NCBI GenBank assembly: GCA_016204535.1
Contig: JACQKL010000041.1
Coordinates: 1 to 42,047 of the forward strand
From: Candidatus Levyibacteriota bacterium
Lineage (GTDB): Bacteria > Patescibacteriota > Microgenomatia > Levybacterales > UBA12049
Reading direction: 5' to 3'
DNA: 42,047 bases
Of this stretch, positions 16,552 through 24,886 are shown piece by piece. The stretch's first letter is position 1. Every line of letters begins with the position of its first letter. Made by a program: the position numbers and the translations under genes. The notes beneath the pieces were generated by a model. The model had not been told where the DNA came from and did no database searches. It worked only from the letters and a program-made list of their open reading frames with translations.

Positions 16552-17955
16552 ATGAGCAAGCTTATTCCAGAAGAGATTTTAAATATTTACAGAAAAATTC
16601 AAAGGGCAGGTCTTGAAGTATATTTAGTTGGAGGATGTGTACGTAATATGCTTTTGAAAAAGCCTGTAAAAGATTGGGATATGACTACTAATGCAACACC
16701 AGAAGATTTGCTTAAGATTTTTCCACAAGCATTTTACGATAATAAATTTGGCACAGTAGGCATACCGATACAAACTGAAGGACAAAAAGAGGTTTTAGAA
16801 ATCACAACTTTTAGAAAAGAGGTTGGGTTCTCGGATAAAAGGCGTCCAGACAAAGTTATTTGGGGAAAATCAATTGAAGAAGATTTGGCCAGAAGAGATT
16901 TTACAATCAACGCCATCGCTCTTAAGGTAACAGGTGACACGCAACACGAGACAAGAAGCTCAAACTTGTCACGTGTCACTTGTCACGTGTCACTTATTGA
17001 CCCTTACAATGGACAACAGGACATTAAGGATAAATTAATCTGTGCGGTTGGCAACCCTAAAGAAAGATTTAAAGAAGACGCTCTCCGACTTCTTCGCGCA
17101 GTTAGGATTGCAACCGAGTTTTTATTTAAAATCGAAGAAAATACTTGGAAAGAAATAGTTTCGGATGCTTTTCTAATCAAAGAGGTTTCAGGTGAGAGAA
17201 TCAGAACAGAATTATTAAGAATTATCGCAAGTGAACATGTTTATGAAGGAGTTATGCTTCTTAAACAGGCAAATCTTTTAAACCATATTCTTCCTGAATT
17301 GGTTGAGGGAATTGGAGTCTCTCAAAAAAGACCGGGTCGGCATCATATCGATGATGTATTCACTCATAATATTTTATCTTTAAAATTTTGTCCCTCAAAA
17401 GATCCGGTTATCCGATTTGCAGCATTGCTTCATGACGTAGGTAAACCCAAGGTAAAAAGTTATGACGAAAAAGGACTAGTGATTTTTTATAATCATGAAG
17501 TTGCAGGAGCAAAAATTGCCAGAGAAATTTGCGACCGCCTGAAGTTCTCCCGAAAAGAACGAGATAAAATTGTCAATCTGATACGCTGGCACATGTTTTC
17601 TGTTGATGAAAAATTATCGGATGCAGGCATCAGACGCTTTATCCGAAGAATCGGTGTTGAAAATGTTAAAGACATGATGGACCTTCGAATTGGAGACCGC
17701 CTGGGCGGAGGAACTCAAACCGCAGAAAGTTGGAGGTTAAAATTATTCAAAAAAAGAATTGAAAACCAACTAAAACCCCTACCTTTCTCAATAAATGATT
17801 TGGTAATTGACGGCAATGATATTATGAAAGAATTGAATATTAAACCAGGACCTAAGGTTGGAGAAATTCTCCAAAAACTTTTTCTCGAAGTCGACGAAGA
17901 TCTCTCCAAAAACAATAAAGATTATTTGCTCAAAAGAATAAAAGAAACAAACTAA
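16552..17955 (+). CDS. cca: CCA-adding tRNA nucleotidyltransferase with C-terminal HD domain
   Basis: Pol-beta NTase motifs GGCVRN, DWD and RDFTINA, and HD domain LLHDVGKP. I prefer ATG 16552 (MSKLIPEE), 8 nt after TATACT 16538-43, over the ORF-track TTG at 16513. Confidence 0.9.
   Translation: MSKLIPEEILNIYRKIQRAGLEVYLVGGCVRNMLLKKPVKDWDMTTNATPEDLLKIFPQAFYDNKFGTVGIPIQTEGQKEVLEITTFRKEVGFSDKRRPDKVIWGKSIEEDLARRDFTINAIALKVTGDTQHETRSSNLSRVTCHVSLIDPYNGQQDIKDKLICAVGNPKERFKEDALRLLRAVRIATEFLFKIEENTWKEIVSDAFLIKEVSGERIRTELLRIIASEHVYEGVMLLKQANLLNHILPELVEGIGVSQKRPGRHHIDDVFTHNILSLKFCPSKDPVIRFAALLHDVGKPKVKSYDEKGLVIFYNHEVAGAKIAREICDRLKFSRKERDKIVNLIRWHMFSVDEKLSDAGIRRFIRRIGVENVKDMMDLRIGDRLGGGTQTAESWRLKLFKKRIENQLKPLPFSINDLVIDGNDIMKELNIKPGPKVGEILQKLFLEVDEDLSKNNKDYLLKRIKETN
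16933..16995 (+). repeat. in-frame palindromic plus tandem-repeat insertion inside cca
   Basis: 14-nt unit CTTGTCACGTGTCA occurs twice in tandem (16965-16992). Inverted partners GTGACACG (16935-42) and ACACGAGACAAG (16944-55) pair with CTTGTCACGTGT (16965-76). Locally GC-rich. Confidence 0.8.
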
Positions 17956-17962
17956 CGCCATT

Positions 17963-18886
17963 ATGCAAAACATTCTGGAAGTAAAAAATTTAACAAAAAA
18001 ATTCGGTCAATTTACTGCTGTTGATAACATTTCTTTTTCATTGCAAAAAGGAGAAGTATTGGGATTGCTTGGACCAAACGGCGCAGGAAAAACCACAACC
18101 ATACACCTCTTATTGGGATTAACACTTTTGAATAGCGGTAAAATTTTGTATTTCGGAAAAGATTTTCTTACTCATAAAGAATACTGCCTCCAAAAAATTA
18201 ATTTTTCATCCGCATTTAATACGCTACAAGGAAGAATTTCAGTATTGGACAATTTACTTGTTTTTGCCTATTTATACGGAATAAAAAACCCCAAGAAAAA
18301 AATTTTGGAACTTTGCGAATATTTTGAGATTTCCGATCTTTTATCTAGTCTTTATTGGAATCTTTCCTCAGGAGAAAAAACCCGGACAAACATAGTAAAA
18401 TCACTTCTTAATGATCCAGAGCTTCTACTTATGGATGAACCGACTGCCTCACTTGACCCAGATATAGCAGACAAAACACTTTCATTTATTGAAAGCTTAC
18501 GCGAATCAAAGAAACTTTCTATTCTTTATACTAGCCACGATATGAACGAGGTGACTCGGGTTTGCGATCGAGTTGTTTTTCTTGATCATGGCCGAATTGT
18601 TATGCAGGATACACCGTTAAACCTAACCAGGCAAATTAAAACTACACGACTACAACTTACATTCGATGGCAAGAAAGAAGAAATGGAAGAATATCTTCAA
18701 GAACGAAAACAACAATACTCTTTTCTTAATAATTATATTGTCTCTATAGAAACAGATGAAAAATTTATTCCCCATTTAATATTTGGCCTTACCAAAACCA
18801 ATATTCGAATTACAGATATTGATGTCAAAAAACCAACTCTCGAAGATGTCTTTATTCAAATCGCCAGAGGAGGACATAGTGTCTAG
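17963..18886 (+). CDS. ABC transporter ATP-binding protein (ABC-2/drug-exporter type)
   Basis: Walker A GPNGAGKTT, signature LSSGEK, Walker B LLLMDEPT, H-loop SHD. Confidence 0.92.
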   Translation: MQNILEVKNLTKKFGQFTAVDNISFSLQKGEVLGLLGPNGAGKTTTIHLLLGLTLLNSGKILYFGKDFLTHKEYCLQKINFSSAFNTLQGRISVLDNLLVFAYLYGIKNPKKKILELCEYFEISDLLSSLYWNLSSGEKTRTNIVKSLLNDPELLLMDEPTASLDPDIADKTLSFIESLRESKKLSILYTSHDMNEVTRVCDRVVFLDHGRIVMQDTPLNLTRQIKTTRLQLTFDGKKEEMEEYLQERKQQYSFLNNYIVSIETDEKFIPHLIFGLTKTNIRITDIDVKKPTLEDVFIQIARGGHSV

Positions 18887-19667
18887 AAGTAGAATTTATG
18901 CCATTATTATTCAGGAGTTGTTTATTACTAGAAATTCTCTTGAGGTAATTATAGATCTTTTTTATTTCTCTATAATTAATATTGTTGCTTTTGGTTTCGT
19001 ATCGGTATTTTTAACAAGCAGAACGAATCCAATTGTCGCACATTATTTACTAACGGGCATGATTCTCTGGGAAATCATTCGAGTTACTCAATATTCAATT
19101 TCTGTTGGGGCGCTTTGGAATATTTGGTCCAGAAACTTAAGTAATATGTTCGTTGCCCCTCTTACTCTCAAAGAATATATGGTTGCCGCAATGATATCTG
19201 GCGGAATTAAAAGTGTTTTGATATTGATTGCTATTTCTCTTATCGCTAAATTTATGTTTAGTTTTGATATTTTTGCGTTAGGAATGCTAAATCTTTTCTT
19301 TTATTTTATCAATCTTACCATATTTGCCTGGACGGCAGGAATAATAATTCTTGGTCTTATCTTCCGATTCGGCACAAGAATACAAGCATTAGCATGGGGT
19401 CTTATTTTTCTTTTTCAGCCTTTAACTGCTGTTTTTTTTCCGGTTAAGATATTACCTGATGTTTTTCAAAAAATTGCTTATTTTCTACCTCCTACCTATA
19501 TCTTTGAAGCGGCTAGAATAAACCTAACTAATCCTACAACACAAACAGAACACATATCTATAGCCTTCCTACAAAACATTATTTATCTACTTGTTTCTTT
19601 GTTGTTTTTCAATTATATGTTTACTAAATCTAGGAAAACGGGACAATTTGCCAAAAATGAAGGATAA
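18879..19667 (+). CDS. ABC-2 type transporter permease
   Basis: Six hydrophobic helices. I place the start at GTG 18879, preceded by AGAGGAGGA and overlapping the ATPase stop by 8 nt. The ORF-track start 18783 lies inside the ATPase gene. Confidence 0.8.
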   Translation: MSRSRIYAIIIQELFITRNSLEVIIDLFYFSIINIVAFGFVSVFLTSRTNPIVAHYLLTGMILWEIIRVTQYSISVGALWNIWSRNLSNMFVAPLTLKEYMVAAMISGGIKSVLILIAISLIAKFMFSFDIFALGMLNLFFYFINLTIFAWTAGIIILGLIFRFGTRIQALAWGLIFLFQPLTAVFFPVKILPDVFQKIAYFLPPTYIFEAARINLTNPTTQTEHISIAFLQNIIYLLVSLLFFNYMFTKSRKTGQFAKNEG

Positions 19668-19688
19668 AAAATTAGAAAATATTACTAC

Positions 19689-19717
19689 TTGCAAAAGTTT
19701 GTTAATTGTGGTTTACT
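19689..19717 (+). promoter_or_regulatory. candidate promoter of the metK leader
   Basis: TTGCAA 19689-94, 17-nt spacer ending TGG, weak -10 TTTACT 19712-17. Confidence 0.35.
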
Positions 19718-19721
19718 AATA

Positions 19722-19853
19722 GAAACATCGTGAGTGGTAGTTAAGGAGAATGGGCTCAGAACTACCCAGCAACCGATCGAGTTCAGCTCGACGCGGTGCT
19801 AAATCCCAACCGGGAGGAAAGATGCGCCCCGATGTAACATCGGGGAAAAATCT
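19722..19853 (+). promoter_or_regulatory. SAM riboswitch aptamer and switching helices (SAM-I / S-box clan)
   Basis: GCAACC 19769-74 and GGTGCTAAATCC 19795-806 match the S-box core. P2 GGTAGTT/AACTACC, P3 TCGAG/CTCGA, P4 CCC/GGG, P1 ACATCG/CGATGT (19725-30/19830-35). It lies upstream of metK. Confidence 0.75.
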
Positions 19854-19883
19854 AACCTCTCTATTTATTGAGAGGTTTTTTTA
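19854..19883 (+). terminator. intrinsic terminator of the SAM riboswitch expression platform
   Basis: AACCTCTC-TATTTATT-GAGAGGTT followed by TTTTTTT. The 5' arm CCTCTC can alternatively pair with aptamer GGGAGG 19812-17. Confidence 0.75.
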
Positions 19884-19995
19884 TGCACATTGGTAAATTA
19901 TAAAAAGTGCATAATCCTCCGAAAAAGCGCTCTTCGAGCCGCGCTACGAATAGTAGCATAAGGCGAGAAGTAAGCTAAGGAGGATAATACAAATT

Positions 19996-21144
19996 ATGAA
20001 ACGATACTTTACATCCGAATCGGTAACCGAAGGACATCCGGACAAAATTTGCGACCAGATTGCAGATAGTATTCTGGATGCTGTTTTGAAAGATGATCCA
20101 AATAGCGCCTGTTGCTGTGAGGTTTATACCACAACCGGTCTGGTGGTTGTGGGAGGAGAAATTACTACAAATACATACGTGGATGTTCAAGCAATCGTTC
20201 GCAATGTGCTAAAAGAAATTGGATATACTAATGCTGATTATGGAATTGATTACAAAAGCTGTTCTGTCATAAATGTAATTCATGAACAAAGTAAAGATAT
20301 TGCTCAAGGAGAAAATCCAAAAAAAGCTATTCATAAAGCTCAAGGCGCGGGAGATCAAGGTATGATGGTAGGATTTGCCTGCAGAGAAACTCCAGAACTT
20401 ATGCCTCTCCCAATTATGCTTGCTCATAAGATGGCTAGACGCCTGGCAGAAGTGAGAAAGAAAAAAATAATTCCCTATCTTAGACCTGATGGAAAAACTC
20501 AAGTTACAGTTGAGTATGAAAACGATAAGCCAGTCGGTATTGAGACAGTTGTTGTTGCCGCACAACACGATGATGGAATTCCTTATAAAAAAATCCGCGC
20601 AGATATTATAAAAAATGTGATAAAACCTATTTGTGATAAATTATTGAATCACCATGCAAAAATTTATATTAATGAGACCGGAAAATTTGTCACGGGAGGG
20701 CCTCAAGGTGACACAGGAGTAACCGGACGCAAAATAATTGTTGATACATATGGCGGAATGGCTAGACACGGAGGGGGAGCATTTAGTGGAAAAGTTCCTA
20801 ATAAACAAGACAGGAGCGGAGCATATATGGCGCGTTATATTGCCAAAAATGTTGTAGCTGCAAGGCTTGCGGATAGATGTGAACTACAATTGGCTTACGC
20901 AATTGGATACCCTCAGCCTATTTCAATACACGTTACGAGCTTCGATACGGGAAAAATAAGCGATGAAAAGATTGAGCAAGCTATTCGTGCAGTATTTGAT
21001 ATGAGTCCCGCTGGAATTATAAAAACATTAAACTTAAGACGTCCAATTTATCGACAAACTGCAGCTTACGGGCATTTTGGTAGACCAGAATTTCCTTGGG
21101 AAAAAACTGATAAAGTTGAAGCTTTAAGAAAATTCCTCAAATAA
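19996..21144 (+). CDS. metK: S-adenosylmethionine synthetase
   Basis: 382 aa with [17 protein letters not shown] and GGGAFSGK motifs. Strong SD AAGGAGGA at 19977-84. Confidence 0.97.
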   Translation: MKRYFTSESVTEGHPDKICDQIADSILDAVLKDDPNSACCCEVYTTTGLVVVGGEITTNTYVDVQAIVRNVLKEIGYTNADYGIDYKSCSVINVIHEQSKDIAQGENPKKAIHKAQGAGDQGMMVGFACRETPELMPLPIMLAHKMARRLAEVRKKKIIPYLRPDGKTQVTVEYENDKPVGIETVVVAAQHDDGIPYKKIRADIIKNVIKPICDKLLNHHAKIYINETGKFVTGGPQGDTGVTGRKIIVDTYGGMARHGGGAFSGKVPNKQDRSGAYMARYIAKNVVAARLADRCELQLAYAIGYPQPISIHVTSFDTGKISDEKIEQAIRAVFDMSPAGIIKTLNLRRPIYRQTAAYGHFGRPEFPWEKTDKVEALRKFLK

Positions 21145-21183
21145 TTTTTGCGCCCTTTCTCTCTATTTGATATCATAAATTAA

Positions 21184-21648
21184 ATGCTTAAGGTAAAACC
21201 TTACAGGGAAAAACCAGGGCTTTGCGGACCTGCTTCTTTAAAAATGGTTCTTGATTTTTTTGGAATTGAAAAAACCGAAGAAGAATTGGCAGAAATGGCA
21301 GGATATATTCCTGCAAAAGGAACGACTTCAGAAGGAATAATAAGCGCAGCAGAAAAGTTAGGCTTAAAAGCATTTCAAAAAGATTTTTCAGAAATAAAAG
21401 ATTTGAAAGAGTATGTGGTCGATAAAAGAATTCCGATTATTGTCGATTGGTTCTCAACGGACGATGGACATTATTCGGTAATTGTAAATATTGATGATAA
21501 AAATATTTACATGCAGGATCCGGAGCTTGGCAACTTAAGGATTCTTCCTCTTGAAGCATTTAAAAGAGTTTGGTTTGATTTTACCGGAGACTATTTAAAG
21601 TCAAAAGATGATATAATCATACGAAGAATGATTGTTATCTATAAGTAA
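21184..21648 (+). CDS. papain-like cysteine peptidase, C39-like stand-alone domain
   Basis: 154 aa. N-terminal GLCGPASLKMVLDFFG (catalytic Cys context) and later DDGHYSV (His). TGATATCAT 21168-76 lies 7 nt before the ATG. Confidence 0.6.
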   Translation: MLKVKPYREKPGLCGPASLKMVLDFFGIEKTEEELAEMAGYIPAKGTTSEGIISAAEKLGLKAFQKDFSEIKDLKEYVVDKRIPIIVDWFSTDDGHYSVIVNIDDKNIYMQDPELGNLRILPLEAFKRVWFDFTGDYLKSKDDIIIRRMIVIYK

Positions 21649-21650
21649 TT

Positions 21651-22103
21651 ATGCTTAAGCAACAAATACAAGATGAATTAAAACAGGCAATGCTCTCAAA
21701 AGACCCTTTAAGAACTTCCGTTCTTCGGATGCTCAAATCTGCAATTACTTATTATGAAATTCAAAAGGGTGGAGCAGGATATGAAGCTACCGATGATGAT
21801 GTGTTAAAGGTTATTCAAAAAGAAGCAAAACAAAGAAAAGATTCCATCGAGCAATTTAAAAATGCCGGAAGACAAGAGTTGGTAGACAAAGAGACAAAAG
21901 AATTGGAAATCCTGCAGAAATATTTACCAACGCAGATTAGCGAGGAAGAAATAAGAACGCTTGTTAAAGAAGCAATTATTCAAACAGGAGTAAAATCTAT
22001 TGCCGAAATAGGGAAAGTAATGGGAGCTTTAATGCCAAAAGTAAAAGGCAAAGCCGACGGGGGAATAGTTAGCGAAATTGTCAAAGAATCTCTTATCTCT
22101 TAA
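21651..22103 (+). CDS. yqeY: GatB/YqeY domain protein
   Basis: 150 aa. LKQAMLSKD...RTSVLRMLKSAI...KQRKDSIEQF...ELEILQKYLP is the typical YqeY pattern. Confidence 0.88.
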   Translation: MLKQQIQDELKQAMLSKDPLRTSVLRMLKSAITYYEIQKGGAGYEATDDDVLKVIQKEAKQRKDSIEQFKNAGRQELVDKETKELEILQKYLPTQISEEEIRTLVKEAIIQTGVKSIAEIGKVMGALMPKVKGKADGGIVSEIVKESLIS

Positions 22104-23001
22104 CTTCTTTATTTTTATTTCTTAATTCTTGCCATAAAATCAATAGTGGAGATGCGACAAAAATAGATGAATAAGTTCCGGTAATAATTCCAATTAATAG
22201 AGCAACTACAAACCACCTTATACTTTCTCCCCCAAACAAAAGTAAGGAAACCAATACTAAAATAACAGTTAGGGATGTATTAAGAGACCTATCTATTGTT
22301 TGAATAATTGACTCGTTAACAGTCTGATGAAAATTTGAGCTCCCCATTCTTTTAAGATTTTCTCTAATCCTGTCAAAAACAACAATCGTATCATGAACCG
22401 AAAATCCAATAACGGTTAGTATCGCGGTAACAAAAAGAGAGTCAATTTCAACTCCAAGAAAATGCCCTAAGATTGCAAAAATACCAACCACTACCAACAC
22501 ATCATGAATAAGGGCAACAATTGCGCAAATGCCAAAGCGTAAGCTACTTGTGGGTCTTGGAATACTCCTAAAAGACCAGGTAATATAGAGAATAATAAGA
22601 ATCGAGGCTATTCCTACAGCCTTAAGAGCATTTAATGTTGTCTCCTGTCCTATTGTTGGGCCAATAGTTTCAAATTCCTGTTCTCTGATATCCTTGAATT
22701 CTTTTGACAAAGCACTGATAAACTTATTGTTTTGGTTTTGATCAATTGGTACCGTTCTCACAATAACTAATTTATCAGATTTCTCAATGCCAGCAATTTT
22801 TATTTTTTGGTCTTTAAGAATTTTATCAACCGCTTCGATGTGAGAGTTAGTAATATTCTCTTTTAAAGCAAGTGTAATTCTGGATCCTCCTGTAAAATCA
22901 ATAGAAAGATTTAATCCCCATAAAAAAATTGCAATAATCCCTGGGATTAAAACCAACAGTGATAAACCAAAGTACCAATTTTTACGGCCAACTATATCCA
23001 T
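22093..23001 (-). CDS. secF: protein translocase subunit SecF
   Basis: 302 aa with six TM helices. GLNLSIDFTGG and HDTIVVFDRIREN motifs. Confidence 0.92.
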   Translation of the reverse strand: MDIVGRKNWYFGLSLLVLIPGIIAIFLWGLNLSIDFTGGSRITLALKENITNSHIEAVDKILKDQKIKIAGIEKSDKLVIVRTVPIDQNQNNKFISALSKEFKDIREQEFETIGPTIGQETTLNALKAVGIASILIILYITWSFRSIPRPTSSLRFGICAIVALIHDVLVVVGIFAILGHFLGVEIDSLFVTAILTVIGFSVHDTIVVFDRIRENLKRMGSSNFHQTVNESIIQTIDRSLNTSLTVILVLVSLLLFGGESIRWFVVALLIGIITGTYSSIFVASPLLILWQELRNKNKEVKR

Positions 23002-23004
23002 ACT

Positions 23005-24297
23005 TTATTTATAAATCGTTCTAAGAAATGTTCTGGTAACAATAATGGCTGAAAACATAGATACCAAAACTCCAATCGCGAGTGTCAGCGCAAAACCGCG
23101 AACTACACCTGTTCCATACTGATATAAAACAAAACTGGTTATAAGGCTTGCGACATTAGAATCTCTAATCGATGTCCATGCTCTCGTAAATCCCGACTCC
23201 ATCGCTTCATGTAATGCCCGACCTTGTCTTCTTTCCTCTTTCATTCTTTCAAAAATCAAAATATTTGCATCAACAGCCATCCCGATTGATAAAATGAAAC
23301 CTGCTATTCCTGAAAGCGTAAGGGTTATTCCGTATGGAGTAATGCTGCTAATCTTAAAAATCGACAATACAAATAATGTATAAAGAACCAGTGCAATACT
23401 TGCTATAACACCTAGTTTTCCATATAAAACAATCATAAAAATAATTATTATGACAATCCCAAGAACTCCTGCAAAAAGGCTTTTTAATAAAGATGAACTT
23501 CCTAAAGTCGCATCAATACCATGCTCTTGTAGCGAGATCAGGGGAACAGGCAATGCTCCTCCCGTAAGAGATGTGCTTAGGGCATTTGCAGTATCGTTTG
23601 TAAACCCTCCGCTGATAACTGCATCACCAGTTAAAATAACCTGATTTACACGCGGTGCTTCAATAACCTGATCGTCCAAAACTATAGCTACAATTTGATT
23701 GACGTTTCGTTTGGTGATATCTGCAAATTTTTTTGTGCCGCTATTTGTAAACTTTAACTGGACTTGCGGCTTACCGTTATTTGGATCGAAAGTCACGTTC
23801 GTCTCTTGCAAGTCTCGCCCAGTTAGATTTGTTTTTTTAGCATCGGGTCCTAAAATTTCTACAACTCCCAATGGATATGCCGAGGGACTTGCTATTTTAG
23901 CACTACCACTTGCTGCACTCTCCCAGAAAGAAAGTTCTGCAGTTGTACCTATAATGTTTCTCGCTTGATTAATATTAACACCGGGAAGCTCAACGATAAT
24001 CCGATAGTCACTTCCGCTTACTGCAGTTTGTATAACAGGTTCTGATACGCCAAAAAGATTAATTCGCCGTTCTATTACTGTTTTTACTCCATCTAAAGCC
24101 TTATCTCTTTGGTTACTTGCTATATCTTCCATATCTGCTTTATAAGTAAGACTGGTACCTCCTGCCAGGTCCAGCCCTCTTTTGAAAAAAAGAGATTTCG
24201 TGAATGGAAAAAAACTAATTGGTGGAATATTAATTAAAACTGCAGCAATTGTTAGTAGGATAATAAACCAAAGAAGAAATCGCGGACTTTTTTTCAT
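23005..24297 (-). CDS. secD: protein translocase subunit SecD
   Basis: 430 aa. LGLDLAGG, periplasmic P1 domain, C-terminal six TM helices with DANILIFERMKEE. Confidence 0.92.
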   Translation of the reverse strand: MKKSPRFLLWFIILLTIAAVLINIPPISFFPFTKSLFFKRGLDLAGGTSLTYKADMEDIASNQRDKALDGVKTVIERRINLFGVSEPVIQTAVSGSDYRIIVELPGVNINQARNIIGTTAELSFWESAASGSAKIASPSAYPLGVVEILGPDAKKTNLTGRDLQETNVTFDPNNGKPQVQLKFTNSGTKKFADITKRNVNQIVAIVLDDQVIEAPRVNQVILTGDAVISGGFTNDTANALSTSLTGGALPVPLISLQEHGIDATLGSSSLLKSLFAGVLGIVIIIIFMIVLYGKLGVIASIALVLYTLFVLSIFKISSITPYGITLTLSGIAGFILSIGMAVDANILIFERMKEERRQGRALHEAMESGFTRAWTSIRDSNVASLITSFVLYQYGTGVVRGFALTLAIGVLVSMFSAIIVTRTFLRTIYK

Positions 24298-24869
24298 GAA
24301 AGCATAGCTTCCTCATCTCCAAAAAGTATTATTCTTGACCCCCCCAAAACAGATAGTATAAATGGATCTCTTTTTTTCTTTCTAAAAGAAAATTCTTCTT
24401 CTGTCATTACCGTATAATTTATTTCCCTTCCCAGTCTTTTTTCCTCATCCCTTATTAAAAGAGCCAATTCTGGCAAAACGATTGTACCAACAATTATCAA
24501 ATCCACATCCGTTGATCTTTTTTCCATTCTTCTTATAAATCTTCCCGAAAACATTGCGTACTTTATTTTTCCAATTTTAACGCGGTTTTTAAGTATTCCC
24601 GCTCCAAGACCAACCATCTTTGAACCCATTCTTAAAAGATCAAAATAAAAAGGATAATTTTTGGACAGTGAATAGTAAACTCTGTTTGCGCGTGGTTCTC
24701 TTACTAAAATTCCCCGTTTCTCCAAAAATAAAAGCTCTCTTCTAACGGCATTAATTTCATCACCGGTTCTTCTAACAAATTCTCTTACATGATACATCTT
24801 TGTTGGCTCTTCCAACAAAACATTTAGAAGATTTATTCGCGACCTGGATGTAATTAAATCAGAAAACAT
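24294..24869 (-). CDS. winged-helix (ArsR-like) regulator fused to a nucleotidyltransferase-like domain
   Basis: 191 aa. The N-terminal wHTH is INLLNVLLEE...HVREFVRRTGDEINAVRRELLFLEKRGIL. The C-terminal half resembles MNT-type NTase (FSGRF...DVDLIIVG). Its stop overlaps the secD start by 4 nt. Confidence 0.6.
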   Translation of the reverse strand: MFSDLITSRSRINLLNVLLEEPTKMYHVREFVRRTGDEINAVRRELLFLEKRGILVREPRANRVYYSLSKNYPFYFDLLRMGSKMVGLGAGILKNRVKIGKIKYAMFSGRFIRRMEKRSTDVDLIIVGTIVLPELALLIRDEEKRLGREINYTVMTEEEFSFRKKKRDPFILSVLGGSRIILFGDEEAMLS

Positions 24870-24886
24870 AATTCTTGCCCCTGGTC

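Noticed and set aside
22324-22330. CTGATGA string, the hammerhead ribozyme core motif.
   Set aside because: It lies inside secF. No flanking stems or GAAA partner are arranged as a hammerhead.
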